From positions 124,001-188,000 of IMG/VR virus record IMGVR_UViG_3300025364_000003: a stretch of DNA of 64,000 nt. One strand, given 5' to 3'. This document shows positions 1 to 8,535 of this stretch, one piece after another (position 1 is the stretch's first letter; every line of letters starts with the position of its first letter). The notes under the pieces are model-generated. The model saw only the letters and a list, made by a program, of their open reading frames with translations, was not told the DNA's origin and made no database searches. Made by a program: the position numbers and the translations under genes.

Positions 1-203
1 TATCAGGCAAGGGTCCCAATGCATTATTGTTTGAAAATTCAGTTGCATATTTTCAAGGGTACGATTTTGGTCAACGATTAAGAACAGAAATTTTAGAAGA
101 GGCGAAAAAAAGATTTCCTTCTCCTGTCGATGGCCCGAAAGCAAAAGTAGGCTTATATGCAAATGCGTTAATTAAAAAAAATACGGAGATAAAAGAACTA
201 TGA
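1..203 (+). CDS. 3' end of hypothetical protein (truncated by window edge)
   Basis: Open frame from nt 3 (SGKGPNALLFENS...EIKEL) to TGA 201-203, overlapping the next ATG as ATGA. Confidence 0.6.
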   Translation, partial: SGKGPNALLFENSVAYFQGYDFGQRLRTEILEEAKKRFPSPVDGPKAKVGLYANALIKKNTEIKEL

Positions 204-553
204 AAGGTGATAGAGTAAGAATTGTAAATTCGAGTCACGTCCACGAGGATGAGAGTGGAGCATTGGCTTACGTTTATGGAGTGGTTCTTGATGATCAAGG
301 TCGTCCAGTTCACAACCATGATGGAACTGTTCAGGTTTTTAGTCAAGGAGGCGTAAAGAATGGCTCAACTGGCGTGGTAGTTGGTCATCCAGAAAAATGT
401 CACAGAACCCAACTCAAAGAACAGGGACAAGCTGTAGGGCTTGGTGCAAATGATTTCGTCAACATCATTCCAGTTATGCTTGACACCTACCAAAAGCTTG
501 GTTGGTTTCCAGCAGATAAAGTTCGTGTTGTTGCAGGTGGAGTTGCACAATAA
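200..553 (+). CDS. hypothetical protein (SH3/KOW-like start MKGDRVRIV)
   Basis: ORF track; ATGA coupling with upstream ORF. Confidence 0.7.
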   Translation: MKGDRVRIVNSSHVHEDESGALAYVYGVVLDDQGRPVHNHDGTVQVFSQGGVKNGSTGVVVGHPEKCHRTQLKEQGQAVGLGANDFVNIIPVMLDTYQKLGWFPADKVRVVAGGVAQ

Positions 554-557
554 TACC

Positions 558-563
558 TACTTA
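558..563 (+). promoter_or_regulatory. putative late-promoter motif TACTTA (representative of a family; see findings)
   Basis: ACCTACTTAA upstream of AGGAG RBS and ATG 581; same motif recurs before over 20 structural genes. Confidence 0.6.
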
Positions 564-580
564 AAGCGTAGGAGTAAAGA

Positions 581-1036
581 ATGACAGTACCACCAAACCC
601 ATTACAGGCTCACGAGACTTTCCAATACAGAAAAGCAGGCCAAGCAAGTGTTCTTGAATATATGGCTAGCGGATTGCCTTATGTGACGCAATCTAGCGTG
701 GGAACAACTCCTGAAAAAATTGAGTTTCCTTTTGTTACAAAGTTTTTTACTGTGAAGAATACTAGTGCAAATGACCTTCATGTTGGCTTCACAGAAAATG
801 GAGTTCAGGGCACGAATAGATTCACCCTTTCTACCAGTGAGTCTTTTACTGGCGATATTCGAATCAGAGATCTGTATCTGCAATCAGCTGGTGGCACAGC
901 CGATTTCGAGATCATTGCCGGACTAACCGGTATTCTACGCAGAGATTTCTTTATTTTAACCGGTTCTTTCGTTGGTTTTAGTGGAAGTCAGCAAGATTTT
1001 GGTTATCGTGCATTTGGTTATGACGGAATAGGATAA
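581..1036 (+). CDS. hypothetical virion protein (beta-rich)
   Basis: RBS AGGAG, late motif, Ser/Thr/Gly-rich beta-type composition. Confidence 0.65.
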   Translation: MTVPPNPLQAHETFQYRKAGQASVLEYMASGLPYVTQSSVGTTPEKIEFPFVTKFFTVKNTSANDLHVGFTENGVQGTNRFTLSTSESFTGDIRIRDLYLQSAGGTADFEIIAGLTGILRRDFFILTGSFVGFSGSQQDFGYRAFGYDGIG

Positions 1037-1085
1037 TTTAAACATATGACCTCTGATTGTCTAAACTTATCTAAGGAGTTTAGAC

Positions 1086-1931
1086 ATGAAGAAGACATAT
1101 GGTGGAAATGCTAATAAAAGTGGGATCTATAAAATCATCAACCATTCTAATGGACGATTTTACATTGGTTCCTGTAAGCGCTTTAAGCAAAGAGCATCCG
1201 AACATCACGGAGATTTAAGAACCAATCGACACTCGAATAAATTTTTGCAAAATGATTGGAATAAATGCGGGCCCGATTGTTTTGAATTTTTAGTGTTTGA
1301 GACTATAGAGAAACCAGAAGAAGAACGTCGTTTGCGAGAACAAGCGCTGTTGGACGAATTTTACGATGATCAAGTTCTTTGTTATAATATTGCAAAAACA
1401 ACTGTGGCAATTCCTCGACGAGTTTTTTCAAACGACCCTGATATCACCAAAAAGGTTCTTTCCCAAAAATCTAAGGCAATGTGGGCCGATTCTGAGTTTA
1501 GGGCTAAGATGAAAAAAATATATTCTGACCCTGGATTCCGCAAGAAGCAGTCTGAAAATCAGAAAAAAGTTTCACAAGACCCAAGCAATGGAAATTCGGC
1601 CGAAACTCTTCGAAAAAACATGTCGAATCCAGAAACGAAAGCGAAGTTATCTAAGAAGTTGAAAGAAGCTTGGGCTAGTGATGATGGAAGTCGTCGCAAA
1701 AAGGCTTCTAAAATTGCCAAGAAAGTGTATGAAGCAAACAAAGAAAAAATTACTAAAGCTAGGGTGAAAGCTAGAGCAAAATATTACGGCAAGGTTGTTT
1801 CTCCAGAAGGTGAAGTGTTTGAAATATACAACGCCAAGTCTTTTATAAGAGAGCAGGGTTTTTCGCAGACGTTTTATGACTTTTTAAATGGAAGGTACGA
1901 AGCCTATAAGGGTTGGAAGCGAGTGGAATAG
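1086..1931 (+). CDS. free-standing GIY-YIG homing endonuclease (Seg-like)
   Basis: GIYKI...FYIGS...R...H...LQ.DWNK.G...F.F...E...YN motifs, Lys-rich NUMOD-like repeats, C-terminal YKGW; RBS AAGGAG. Confidence 0.9.
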   Translation: MKKTYGGNANKSGIYKIINHSNGRFYIGSCKRFKQRASEHHGDLRTNRHSNKFLQNDWNKCGPDCFEFLVFETIEKPEEERRLREQALLDEFYDDQVLCYNIAKTTVAIPRRVFSNDPDITKKVLSQKSKAMWADSEFRAKMKKIYSDPGFRKKQSENQKKVSQDPSNGNSAETLRKNMSNPETKAKLSKKLKEAWASDDGSRRKKASKIAKKVYEANKEKITKARVKARAKYYGKVVSPEGEVFEIYNAKSFIREQGFSQTFYDFLNGRYEAYKGWKRVE

Positions 1932-1933
1932 AA

Positions 1934-3619
1934 TTAACGAATTCCGCTTCCCTCTTCAGCTTCAAGCTCGTTAGGTTTTCTAACGAGCTTTTTCTTTTCT
2001 ATATCATGACCCTTCACTTGTCCGACGTCTCTTAAATCGAACCCTGGCATTAGTGCAATTTTTTGCTTTGGAAAGCTTCCTCTTGCATTTGCATAACATG
2101 CTTGTCCAACAATCTCGGTAAAGGCTGCTGGAATTGCTTTTTTGGGCAAGAGTTTAGCATGTGCATTGAAAGCGGCCACTTCCCCTTTGTCACTAAAATC
2201 CACATTAGCCAAGATGTGAACAATATAATCATGAACAGCTCTAAACTTCAGATTTTGTTCAGGTGTAAACACATCATGTTGATTATAATCAGTTGATATT
2301 TTCAAAACGCCAGTTTTTTTAACTTCTTCGGACATTTCTTTCTGCGAATTATAAGGTTGCCCAGGAACAAACTCAACCTTTACCTTGGAAAGCATTCTCT
2401 GATACATTTTCTCAATATGTGAGATTAGTGCTTTATACGATGCAACAGCCTCAGGATCATAATCTGGGAGTTCATCATATGCATCTGCTACTAACTCACA
2501 ATATTTCTTGTAATTTGATAGAACCATTTTTTCTTGCAGGTGTCGGTCAAATCTTGCCTGGCTTTCATTTAGAGAATTGTGGACAACTTTGCCTGAGCGC
2601 TTATCAACAACCTTGAAATTGGGACTCCAAAATTTGGAGTAATCTGAAATGAATTGCTGCGGAAGGTTCCCATAGACAAGCTCAAGCACTTGTCCACGTC
2701 CTAAAACGATGGCAACAATTTTGTTTCGACCACTGAAACCAACTGGTTCTGTAATTCTTAAGGTTGTTTGCAGGCGCCACTCATCTTCTTTTGGAGGGAG
2801 CGCAAATTTTCTATATCTTTGTGAAAGCTTATCAAGAGCTTGTAAAAACTTCTTTTCTCCTTCTATAACATTAAATGTAGGGATTTCATTTTTCTGGTAC
2901 ATTTCTTGTGCAATTTCTCTAGCCTTTTCCCAATCCATCTTTTGTTCTAGGGCGTATTCATACGATTCAATATAGGCTTGCTTCGCCCTACCTTTCTTCA
3001 TGTCAACGTGACCCAAAACTCTTTCCATGGCTGCATCGAAAGTGTCTTGCATCATCGCCTTGTCCATTGGCATTTTTTCACTTGTCTTGAGTTTGTTATG
3101 CAAATTTGTGGCGAAGTCGGACATAAGTTCTTTATAAAAATTTGGGTCAGCATCAATGGTGCCTTTGGCCATTGGCACCGCTAAATCTAAATCTCTAGCA
3201 CCAAAATGTGAGCGTAACGCTTCTGCGAATGCTCGTTGTACAGGCATACGAACATCGTCTTCATCTGCTTTGGCAGATTGGGGCACGAGCTGAGCTACAA
3301 CAATCATCATTCGGCTTTCGCCACCAGTTGACATGGCATCTCTAGCAGAGCTATAGGCAGTTACAATGTTGTCAGTCCAATAGCTACCTTTCAGGGAATG
3401 CATTGACGGGCTTAGAATGGAACTCGCTTCAAGTTCTTCTTCGCCTTTCCAGCGACCTTCGGTTGGGTCTGGAATCATTCCGAGTTGGTAAATTTTTGGC
3501 AGATGTTTTGAACTTGTCCCGTGATACATTATCACGGGTTTTGCCCTCTTCCGCTCAAGAAGAAAATCAACTTCTTCTTTTACCAGTTTTTTGATGATAT
3601 TTTTGAGGTTATCGTTCAC
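1934..3619 (-). CDS. putative internal head polyprotein: leader + ADP-ribosyltransferase-fold domain + second conserved domain
   Basis: Leader LKNIIKKLVKEEVDFLLE; MYHGTS..L..I...G..P...GSYWT ART-like motif; second domain with FRAVHDYIVH...GE..AF..H...FTEIVGQ after SLNE/HLQE sites. Confidence 0.6.
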   Translation of the reverse strand: MNDNLKNIIKKLVKEEVDFLLERKRAKPVIMYHGTSSKHLPKIYQLGMIPDPTEGRWKGEEELEASSILSPSMHSLKGSYWTDNIVTAYSSARDAMSTGGESRMMIVVAQLVPQSAKADEDDVRMPVQRAFAEALRSHFGARDLDLAVPMAKGTIDADPNFYKELMSDFATNLHNKLKTSEKMPMDKAMMQDTFDAAMERVLGHVDMKKGRAKQAYIESYEYALEQKMDWEKAREIAQEMYQKNEIPTFNVIEGEKKFLQALDKLSQRYRKFALPPKEDEWRLQTTLRITEPVGFSGRNKIVAIVLGRGQVLELVYGNLPQQFISDYSKFWSPNFKVVDKRSGKVVHNSLNESQARFDRHLQEKMVLSNYKKYCELVADAYDELPDYDPEAVASYKALISHIEKMYQRMLSKVKVEFVPGQPYNSQKEMSEEVKKTGVLKISTDYNQHDVFTPEQNLKFRAVHDYIVHILANVDFSDKGEVAAFNAHAKLLPKKAIPAAFTEIVGQACYANARGSFPKQKIALMPGFDLRDVGQVKGHDIEKKKLVRKPNELEAEEGSGIR

Positions 3620-3634
3620 CCTGATAAATATGAA

Positions 3635-3868
3635 CTATGTTTTAGTTTCGTTATCAACTTCGGACTTCATTTTATTGTCAATTTGATTTATAGAAGCTTG
3701 TGTATGATAAGAAGCAACATCATCAGCTAGCTCTGCTGTCCACTTTACCTTTAGTTTTCTGGCGTTGGGCACAATGGCTGTTGTTTGTACATGAATCCAA
3801 TTTGGCAACTGGCTACGATAAATCTTTTCAGCTCGATAGAATTTGATCAAGTAAACTAAGTTCCTCAT
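3635..3868 (-). CDS. small hypothetical protein (LIxxYRxEK motif)
   Basis: ORF track; ATGA coupling with 3865-4083. Confidence 0.6.
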   Translation of the reverse strand: MRNLVYLIKFYRAEKIYRSQLPNWIHVQTTAIVPNARKLKVKWTAELADDVASYHTQASINQIDNKMKSEVDNETKT

Positions 3869-4083
3869 TTTTCAATTAACTTTTGTAAAATTTGAAACAC
3901 TTCAAGGTCTTCAATAGTCTTATCAATGTCACATGAGAATCCATCAAATGGAATATTGGGTCCACCAAATGCTTTTAGCAATGTCAGGGTCTTTTTGGCA
4001 GCTTCTTTTCTTCTTATGGCTTCATGGTATTGTCTTTCGGACCGGTAGATGCAAACAAGAGCAGTAAATTGAAGTTCCTTCAT
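3865..4083 (-). CDS. small hypothetical protein (LVxxYRxER motif)
   Basis: ORF track; ATGA coupling with def. Confidence 0.6.
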   Translation of the reverse strand: MKELQFTALVCIYRSERQYHEAIRRKEAAKKTLTLLKAFGGPNIPFDGFSCDIDKTIEDLEVFQILQKLIEK

Positions 4084-4646
4084 TTACGACGCTTTCCTTT
4101 TTGGGGTTTTTTGTTTTTTTCATTCTGAATTTGGTAACGCTGCGGAATTGAAACACCGTTGAGATGATCGAATTCATGTTGAAATAACCTGGCTGCCCAT
4201 CCTTCTAGTTGTTTTTCTTTCTCGACGAATTCGCCCTTCTCATTAGGTTCTACCCATTTAGCTGTGATCGTTTTCCAGCGAGTAATTTTGTATCCTTTTC
4301 CTGGTACAGAAAGACAATATTCAGCCATGTCCCATTTGCCATCATCGAGACGAGGCTCAAAGTTTGGGTTAACGTAAAGACGAAACTCGGAACGAAATTT
4401 GTAATCCCAGCCATCGCCATCCATTTCACGGCACAACATCACTTTTTTGAAAAGTCCCACTTGTGGAGCTGCCAAACCAATGCCATCCTCTAACATGCAG
4501 GTCTGTACCATTTTCCAGCCAAGCTCTTCAAAACCATCAAATTTTCCTGATTCGATCTCTTTAGCTTTTATTTTTTTTATTCGTTCCCAATGAAGAATTT
4601 CCATTGGCTTTGTTTTTGACGGGATTTCGTTTAAATCAAAAAGCAT
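4080..4646 (-). CDS. def: peptide deformylase
   Basis: GIGLAAPQVG, EYCLSVPG and QHEFDHLNG, the three PDF motifs; AAGGAG RBS. Confidence 0.95.
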   Translation of the reverse strand: MLFDLNEIPSKTKPMEILHWERIKKIKAKEIESGKFDGFEELGWKMVQTCMLEDGIGLAAPQVGLFKKVMLCREMDGDGWDYKFRSEFRLYVNPNFEPRLDDGKWDMAEYCLSVPGKGYKITRWKTITAKWVEPNEKGEFVEKEKQLEGWAARLFQHEFDHLNGVSIPQRYQIQNEKNKKPQKGKRRK

Positions 4647-4711
4647 GCTAACTCCTTGGTTTAATATAGCATGCCTTGTTTAAAAACAAATCGATAAACT
4701 ATAGAGTAATT

Positions 4712-5011
4712 CTACTTAGGTTTTGGTCCTTTGAAAGCTTGGAAAGGTACTTGATAGAGTGCTCTTCCGATCATCGATAAAGTAAGATCAAAGTCTTCTC
4801 TTAGTTTTTGAATTTCTTGATCGACGATTCCTTCATATTGGTCTTGACTTTCTATTTGATCGGCATAAGCACGTATGCCATTCTGAACGACTTGCATAAG
4901 TTGCTCTTTGAACCTATAGGCTTTGCCCATATGAACTTTACCATCGCTTTCAACAATCAATGATTCACGTACCGTTTCACGGATTAGTTTTTTGAGTTCT
5001 TCAAGTTTCAT
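4712..5011 (-). CDS. hypothetical leader-bearing (putative internal head) protein
   Basis: Probable start ATG at 5011 (MKLEELKKLIRETVRESLIVE), 6 nt after a TATTTA motif. Confidence 0.65.
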   Translation of the reverse strand: MKLEELKKLIRETVRESLIVESDGKVHMGKAYRFKEQLMQVVQNGIRAYADQIESQDQYEGIVDQEIQKLREDFDLTLSMIGRALYQVPFQAFKGPKPK

Positions 5012-5022
5012 CAGAGGTAAAT

Positions 5023-5493
5023 ATGACAAAGCAGGTGATTATTATAGGAGTTACGGGCCATCGAAAGCTTGATCACGATAAAGATGTTGTTAAAGAAGTG
5101 ATACGTGAAAAGTTACATCAATATGAGGCTGATGCAGTTGTCACTGGAATGGCACTTGGGTTTGATATGTTAGTAGCTGAAGTGTGCCTAGAAGAAACTA
5201 TTCCATTTGTTGCGGCTATACCATGCAAAGACCAAACAAAATTATGGCCGCCACATGAGAAAATACGTTGGACCGAGTTGATGAAAAAAGCTTGGAAATA
5301 TAAAATTGTTTCACCTGGGCCTTTTGAGACTTGGAAACTTTTTGAAAGAAATCGTTGGATTGTTGATCGTTCAAATATTATGTTGAGCTATTGGAATGGG
5401 GTACCCAAAGGAGGAACAGCGGCAACAGTTAAAGAAACCAAGAAATCTAAACGCCCTCACGAGAACCTGTATCCTCTTTGTGAATCCAGGTAA
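5023..5493 (+). CDS. YspA/DUF1273-like SLOG family nucleotide-binding protein
   Basis: IGVTGHR, GMALGFD, AIPC..Q...W, RNRWIVD.S, YWNG..GGT motifs. Confidence 0.85.
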   Translation: MTKQVIIIGVTGHRKLDHDKDVVKEVIREKLHQYEADAVVTGMALGFDMLVAEVCLEETIPFVAAIPCKDQTKLWPPHEKIRWTELMKKAWKYKIVSPGPFETWKLFERNRWIVDRSNIMLSYWNGVPKGGTAATVKETKKSKRPHENLYPLCESR

Positions 5494-5863
5494 AGAAATC
5501 AAGACAACGCTCATGAAGATAAACAGTTTGGACTGTGTTGTCATAGGAAAACAACACTTTGTAGTATTTCCAGGCATTGTCAACCAAAGACAATATTTTG
5601 AAGTCTTCGCCAGTAGAAATCACTTCATCAGGAACTAATGATTCAGACAAATACATTGCGACACAAACAACATCTTTCGTCTTTTCAACAAGGCACCAAC
5701 TGGCTTCGAAAACAGTACGTTTAATTTTGGGGTACCTATCTTTATATTCTTGTATTTTATCAACGGCAACAGTTAGGTACACATAATTTTTATCTACAAA
5801 TCTAGAAGAAGTAGGGTCAAATATCTCTTTCGTTAGAATGCCTAAACTACCGAGCTTCATCAA
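5447..5863 (-). CDS. hypothetical protein
   Basis: ORF track; fills gap. Confidence 0.55.
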   Translation of the reverse strand: MMKLGSLGILTKEIFDPTSSRFVDKNYVYLTVAVDKIQEYKDRYPKIKRTVFEASWCLVEKTKDVVCVAMYLSESLVPDEVISTGEDFKILSLVDNAWKYYKVLFSYDNTVQTVYLHERCLDFFTWIHKEDTGSREGV

Positions 5864-5923
5864 TTATTCTTATAATAAATAGTCGTTTGTTTTAGAGTCC
5901 CACCTCTAATTAAAAGAGGAGCG

Positions 5924-6610
5924 GTGGCACACATGAGAACTACTGAAGAATGGGCGAAACTTTATCTTGACGAAGTTGGTAGTAAGTACGCAAAAAAAAT
6001 ACATCTTAAATCAAAAGCTAATCCAAATTGGCTTTTGAAATTGATTGCACCTATTGTTAAAGTTTTTAACAAAACATTTATGACTGATTACATCACGACT
6101 CTCGGAAATACCATTTGGTATCCTGAGGGATGGTTGGAAAGAGGAGACGTAAAAAGTCGTTTAGCGATAATTGCACACGAGTGCATTCACATCAAACAAA
6201 GTTCTAAGCAAGGAAATTTTGTTCATGGTTTCCTCTACCTATTTCCCCAAAGTCTTGTAGTGTTTTCACTGTTTGCCTTATTGGCAATACCATTTAGCCT
6301 TTGGTGGCTTTTATGTCTCCTGTTTTTACTTTTCTTGGCGCCAATTCCGGCTCCATTTAGATACATGAAGGAGCTTGAAGCTTATCGAGTAAAACTTATA
6401 TTTTTTGAATATGTGTGGAACAGTAATGAAGAAATGATGAAGCTAGCCAAAAACCACGTGGTAAAACATATGACAGGTTCAGATTATTACTTTTGTTGGC
6501 CGTTTCCAAATTGGATCTTGAAAGACTTAGATAAAGAATCAGCATTAGAAGAAGAGCAATATCAAGAAATAGTAAAATTTCTCGAACGCCACAACCTGTT
6601 GGCAGGGTAA
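5924..6610 (+). CDS. membrane-associated HExxH zinc metallopeptidase-like protein
   Basis: TTLGNTIW...IAHECIH..Q, hydrophobic hairpin, downstream E.EAY third-ligand motif; GAGGAG RBS. Confidence 0.65.
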   Translation: MAHMRTTEEWAKLYLDEVGSKYAKKIHLKSKANPNWLLKLIAPIVKVFNKTFMTDYITTLGNTIWYPEGWLERGDVKSRLAIIAHECIHIKQSSKQGNFVHGFLYLFPQSLVVFSLFALLAIPFSLWWLLCLLFLLFLAPIPAPFRYMKELEAYRVKLIFFEYVWNSNEEMMKLAKNHVVKHMTGSDYYFCWPFPNWILKDLDKESALEEEQYQEIVKFLERHNLLAG

Positions 6611-6619
6611 AGCCTTCAG

Positions 6620-6853
6620 CTAGCCTTTGAGAACCCCATTGTCGTTAACTTTCAAGGCACGAGCTAATAGGTCCTTCAGGAGATCAACCTCGTGCTCCAA
6701 CTTCCTGACACGATTGTTGAGTTCATTTTTAGCTTCTTGTTCTGGATCGACCAAAATGCCGTCCTTGTCCATTGCATCAAATAGGGCATCGACGGCTTTT
6801 TGGCCTTCTATTTTATTTTTGTATTCTTGATTTTTTTGTTCTTTTTTGCTCAT
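6620..6853 (-). CDS. hypothetical coiled-coil protein
   Basis: ORF track. Confidence 0.6.
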   Translation of the reverse strand: MSKKEQKNQEYKNKIEGQKAVDALFDAMDKDGILVDPEQEAKNELNNRVRKLEHEVDLLKDLLARALKVNDNGVLKG

Positions 6854-6897
6854 AACAAATACCAGCGGTGAGAATAGACTAATTACTTCAGGTTACA

Positions 6898-7560
6898 ATG
6901 TCCATCTACGAAAAATATATCAAACAACTTATCGAAGAAGAGATCAATCGAAGTCTTCTTGAACAGGATTTGCCAGTTGAAGAACCGGCAGACACGCCTG
7001 CTGATGTTCCGGCACCCGATGCTGGTGCAGCGGGCGAAGCCGGGGCTCCAGAGGCCGGTGGAGAGGAAATTGATTTAGACATTGGTGCTGAAGGCGGCGA
7101 TATAGATTTGGACGTTGGAGGCGCTGCTGGGGGGCTCGAAGGAGGAGAACTGGGTGGCGATCTTGAGGACACTGAAGGCGTCGAGGGAGAAGAAGGGCTT
7201 GATGTAGCAGGTGGTGGTTTTGGAGGAGGCTTTGGCGGTGGTGGATTCTCTTTTGGAAGCGATGGCGAACCAGGACTGACTCCCGATGATGAAGAGGAGG
7301 CAGACACCGTTACAACTGTTGGTCCAGAAGATGTTGAAATCCCAGATGACCCATATATGGCCATTACTGACGAGGCAATCAATTTACTAAAAACAACTCG
7401 TCAGCCTGAGGTTATTCTAAAATCAGTTAAATCATCAATTCAGAGATATTTTGATGAATTTGATGATGCAACACCAGTAATTAAAACATTGTGGGATACT
7501 GAAGACATTACTCTTCGAGACGTTGCGAGAAGATTGCTTCTATTTATCAAAGGAAAATAG
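6898..7560 (+). CDS. acidic Gly-rich leader-bearing protein (putative head core/scaffold-like)
   Basis: Leader YIKQLIEEEINRSLLE; low-complexity D/E/G/A middle. Confidence 0.7.
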   Translation: MSIYEKYIKQLIEEEINRSLLEQDLPVEEPADTPADVPAPDAGAAGEAGAPEAGGEEIDLDIGAEGGDIDLDVGGAAGGLEGGELGGDLEDTEGVEGEEGLDVAGGGFGGGFGGGGFSFGSDGEPGLTPDDEEEADTVTTVGPEDVEIPDDPYMAITDEAINLLKTTRQPEVILKSVKSSIQRYFDEFDDATPVIKTLWDTEDITLRDVARRLLLFIKGK

Positions 7561-7574
7561 AAAAAGAGGATAAG

Positions 7575-7895
7575 ATGAAAATTACTGATGACGAACTTAG
7601 ATTGATGGTCCGTGAAGCTGTGCAAAAGAAAGTTGCGAAGCTTAAAGAGGCTAGTGATTTTACAGCACGAAGACAAATCGTTCACTCGGCTGAGAAGGCT
7701 TCAATGGATTTCGAAAAGGAAATTGTTGGACTTCTCAATCTTGTAAAACCAGATGAGATGCCACCTGCGCTTCAAAAACAATATTTCTACATTGTGGAGC
7801 AAATGAAGGACGAAATTAAATCTGCGGTTATGAAAGCAACACGTGATCTTGCCAAACTCCCGAAGACAGAAATGGGAACGCAGAAGAAACGCTAA
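7575..7895 (+). CDS. leader-bearing hypothetical protein
   Basis: MKITDDELRLMVREAVQKKVAKLKE; AGAGG RBS. Confidence 0.75.
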   Translation: MKITDDELRLMVREAVQKKVAKLKEASDFTARRQIVHSAEKASMDFEKEIVGLLNLVKPDEMPPALQKQYFYIVEQMKDEIKSAVMKATRDLAKLPKTEMGTQKKR

Positions 7896-7928
7896 ACTTT
7901 ACTATTTATCCTCACAAAGGAACTGACA

Positions 7929-8252
7929 ATGAAAAAGATTAGAAAAAGCGAATTAAAGGGCATGGTCAAAGAGGCCGTCAGAAAAGGTCTGCAAGAGAAA
8001 TTTGATTTTACAAACGACCTTGTTCCTGATGATGTTGCAGGATATTCACGAAAAGTTGATGAGTTCCTTAAAGACACTATCAAAAAGGCAAGAGAATTGC
8101 ATGACGAAGGCGAAGAAATGATGCGGGCCAATATTCTTTCGTCGTACGGGGTTCAGGAAAGAAATCGTTTTCTTCTTTACAACGTAGGTTTTTTAAATAA
8201 CCTTGTTGCAAGTTTGATTGCAAGACTTGAACACAAGTATCGTCAAGGGTAA
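7929..8252 (+). CDS. leader-bearing hypothetical protein
   Basis: MKKIRKSELKGMVKEAVRKGLQE; TATTTA motif at 7903. Confidence 0.75.
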   Translation: MKKIRKSELKGMVKEAVRKGLQEKFDFTNDLVPDDVAGYSRKVDEFLKDTIKKARELHDEGEEMMRANILSSYGVQERNRFLLYNVGFLNNLVASLIARLEHKYRQG

Positions 8253-8272
8253 TCAAATAAAAATCTGTTATT

Positions 8273-8306
8273 AAAGCTCGGGGTTTGTAATTCCGAGCTT
8301 TTTTTT
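8273..8306 (+). terminator. rho-independent terminator
   Basis: AAAGCTCGG-loop-CCGAGCTTT stem followed by T-run. Confidence 0.8.
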
Positions 8307-8327
8307 ATTGACCTACTTATAGCTGTT

Positions 8328-8528
8328 ATGAGTAGTTTTTTTGATGCAACGCCAGAAATCATTCTGATTGATAAAGAAGAGAGGAAGTTGGCCATTACTC
8401 AAAGCCAACCAATCTCAGGTTCTGGCATTACAACACCATTCTTAATTTTCGCAGGGTTGACTTCTTCAGGTTCTGCGACCTTTTTAAGAACAGATTCTTT
8501 TGGAAATTTAAAGGTAAAAGCAGAATAA
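8328..8528 (+). CDS. small virion protein, paralogous to N-terminus of 8536 and 44014
   Basis: FDATPE.ILI....KLA...SQ ... FLRTDS.GNLKV aligns with FDSTPE.ILI....KLA...SQ ... FVNLADDGALKI. Confidence 0.7.
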   Translation: MSSFFDATPEIILIDKEERKLAITQSQPISGSGITTPFLIFAGLTSSGSATFLRTDSFGNLKVKAE

Positions 8529-8535
8529 TTCAACC

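Noticed and set aside
1037-1933. Group I intron around the GIY-YIG gene
   Set aside because: Flanking genes are complete and convergent, and the ORF has its own RBS, so it is free-standing.
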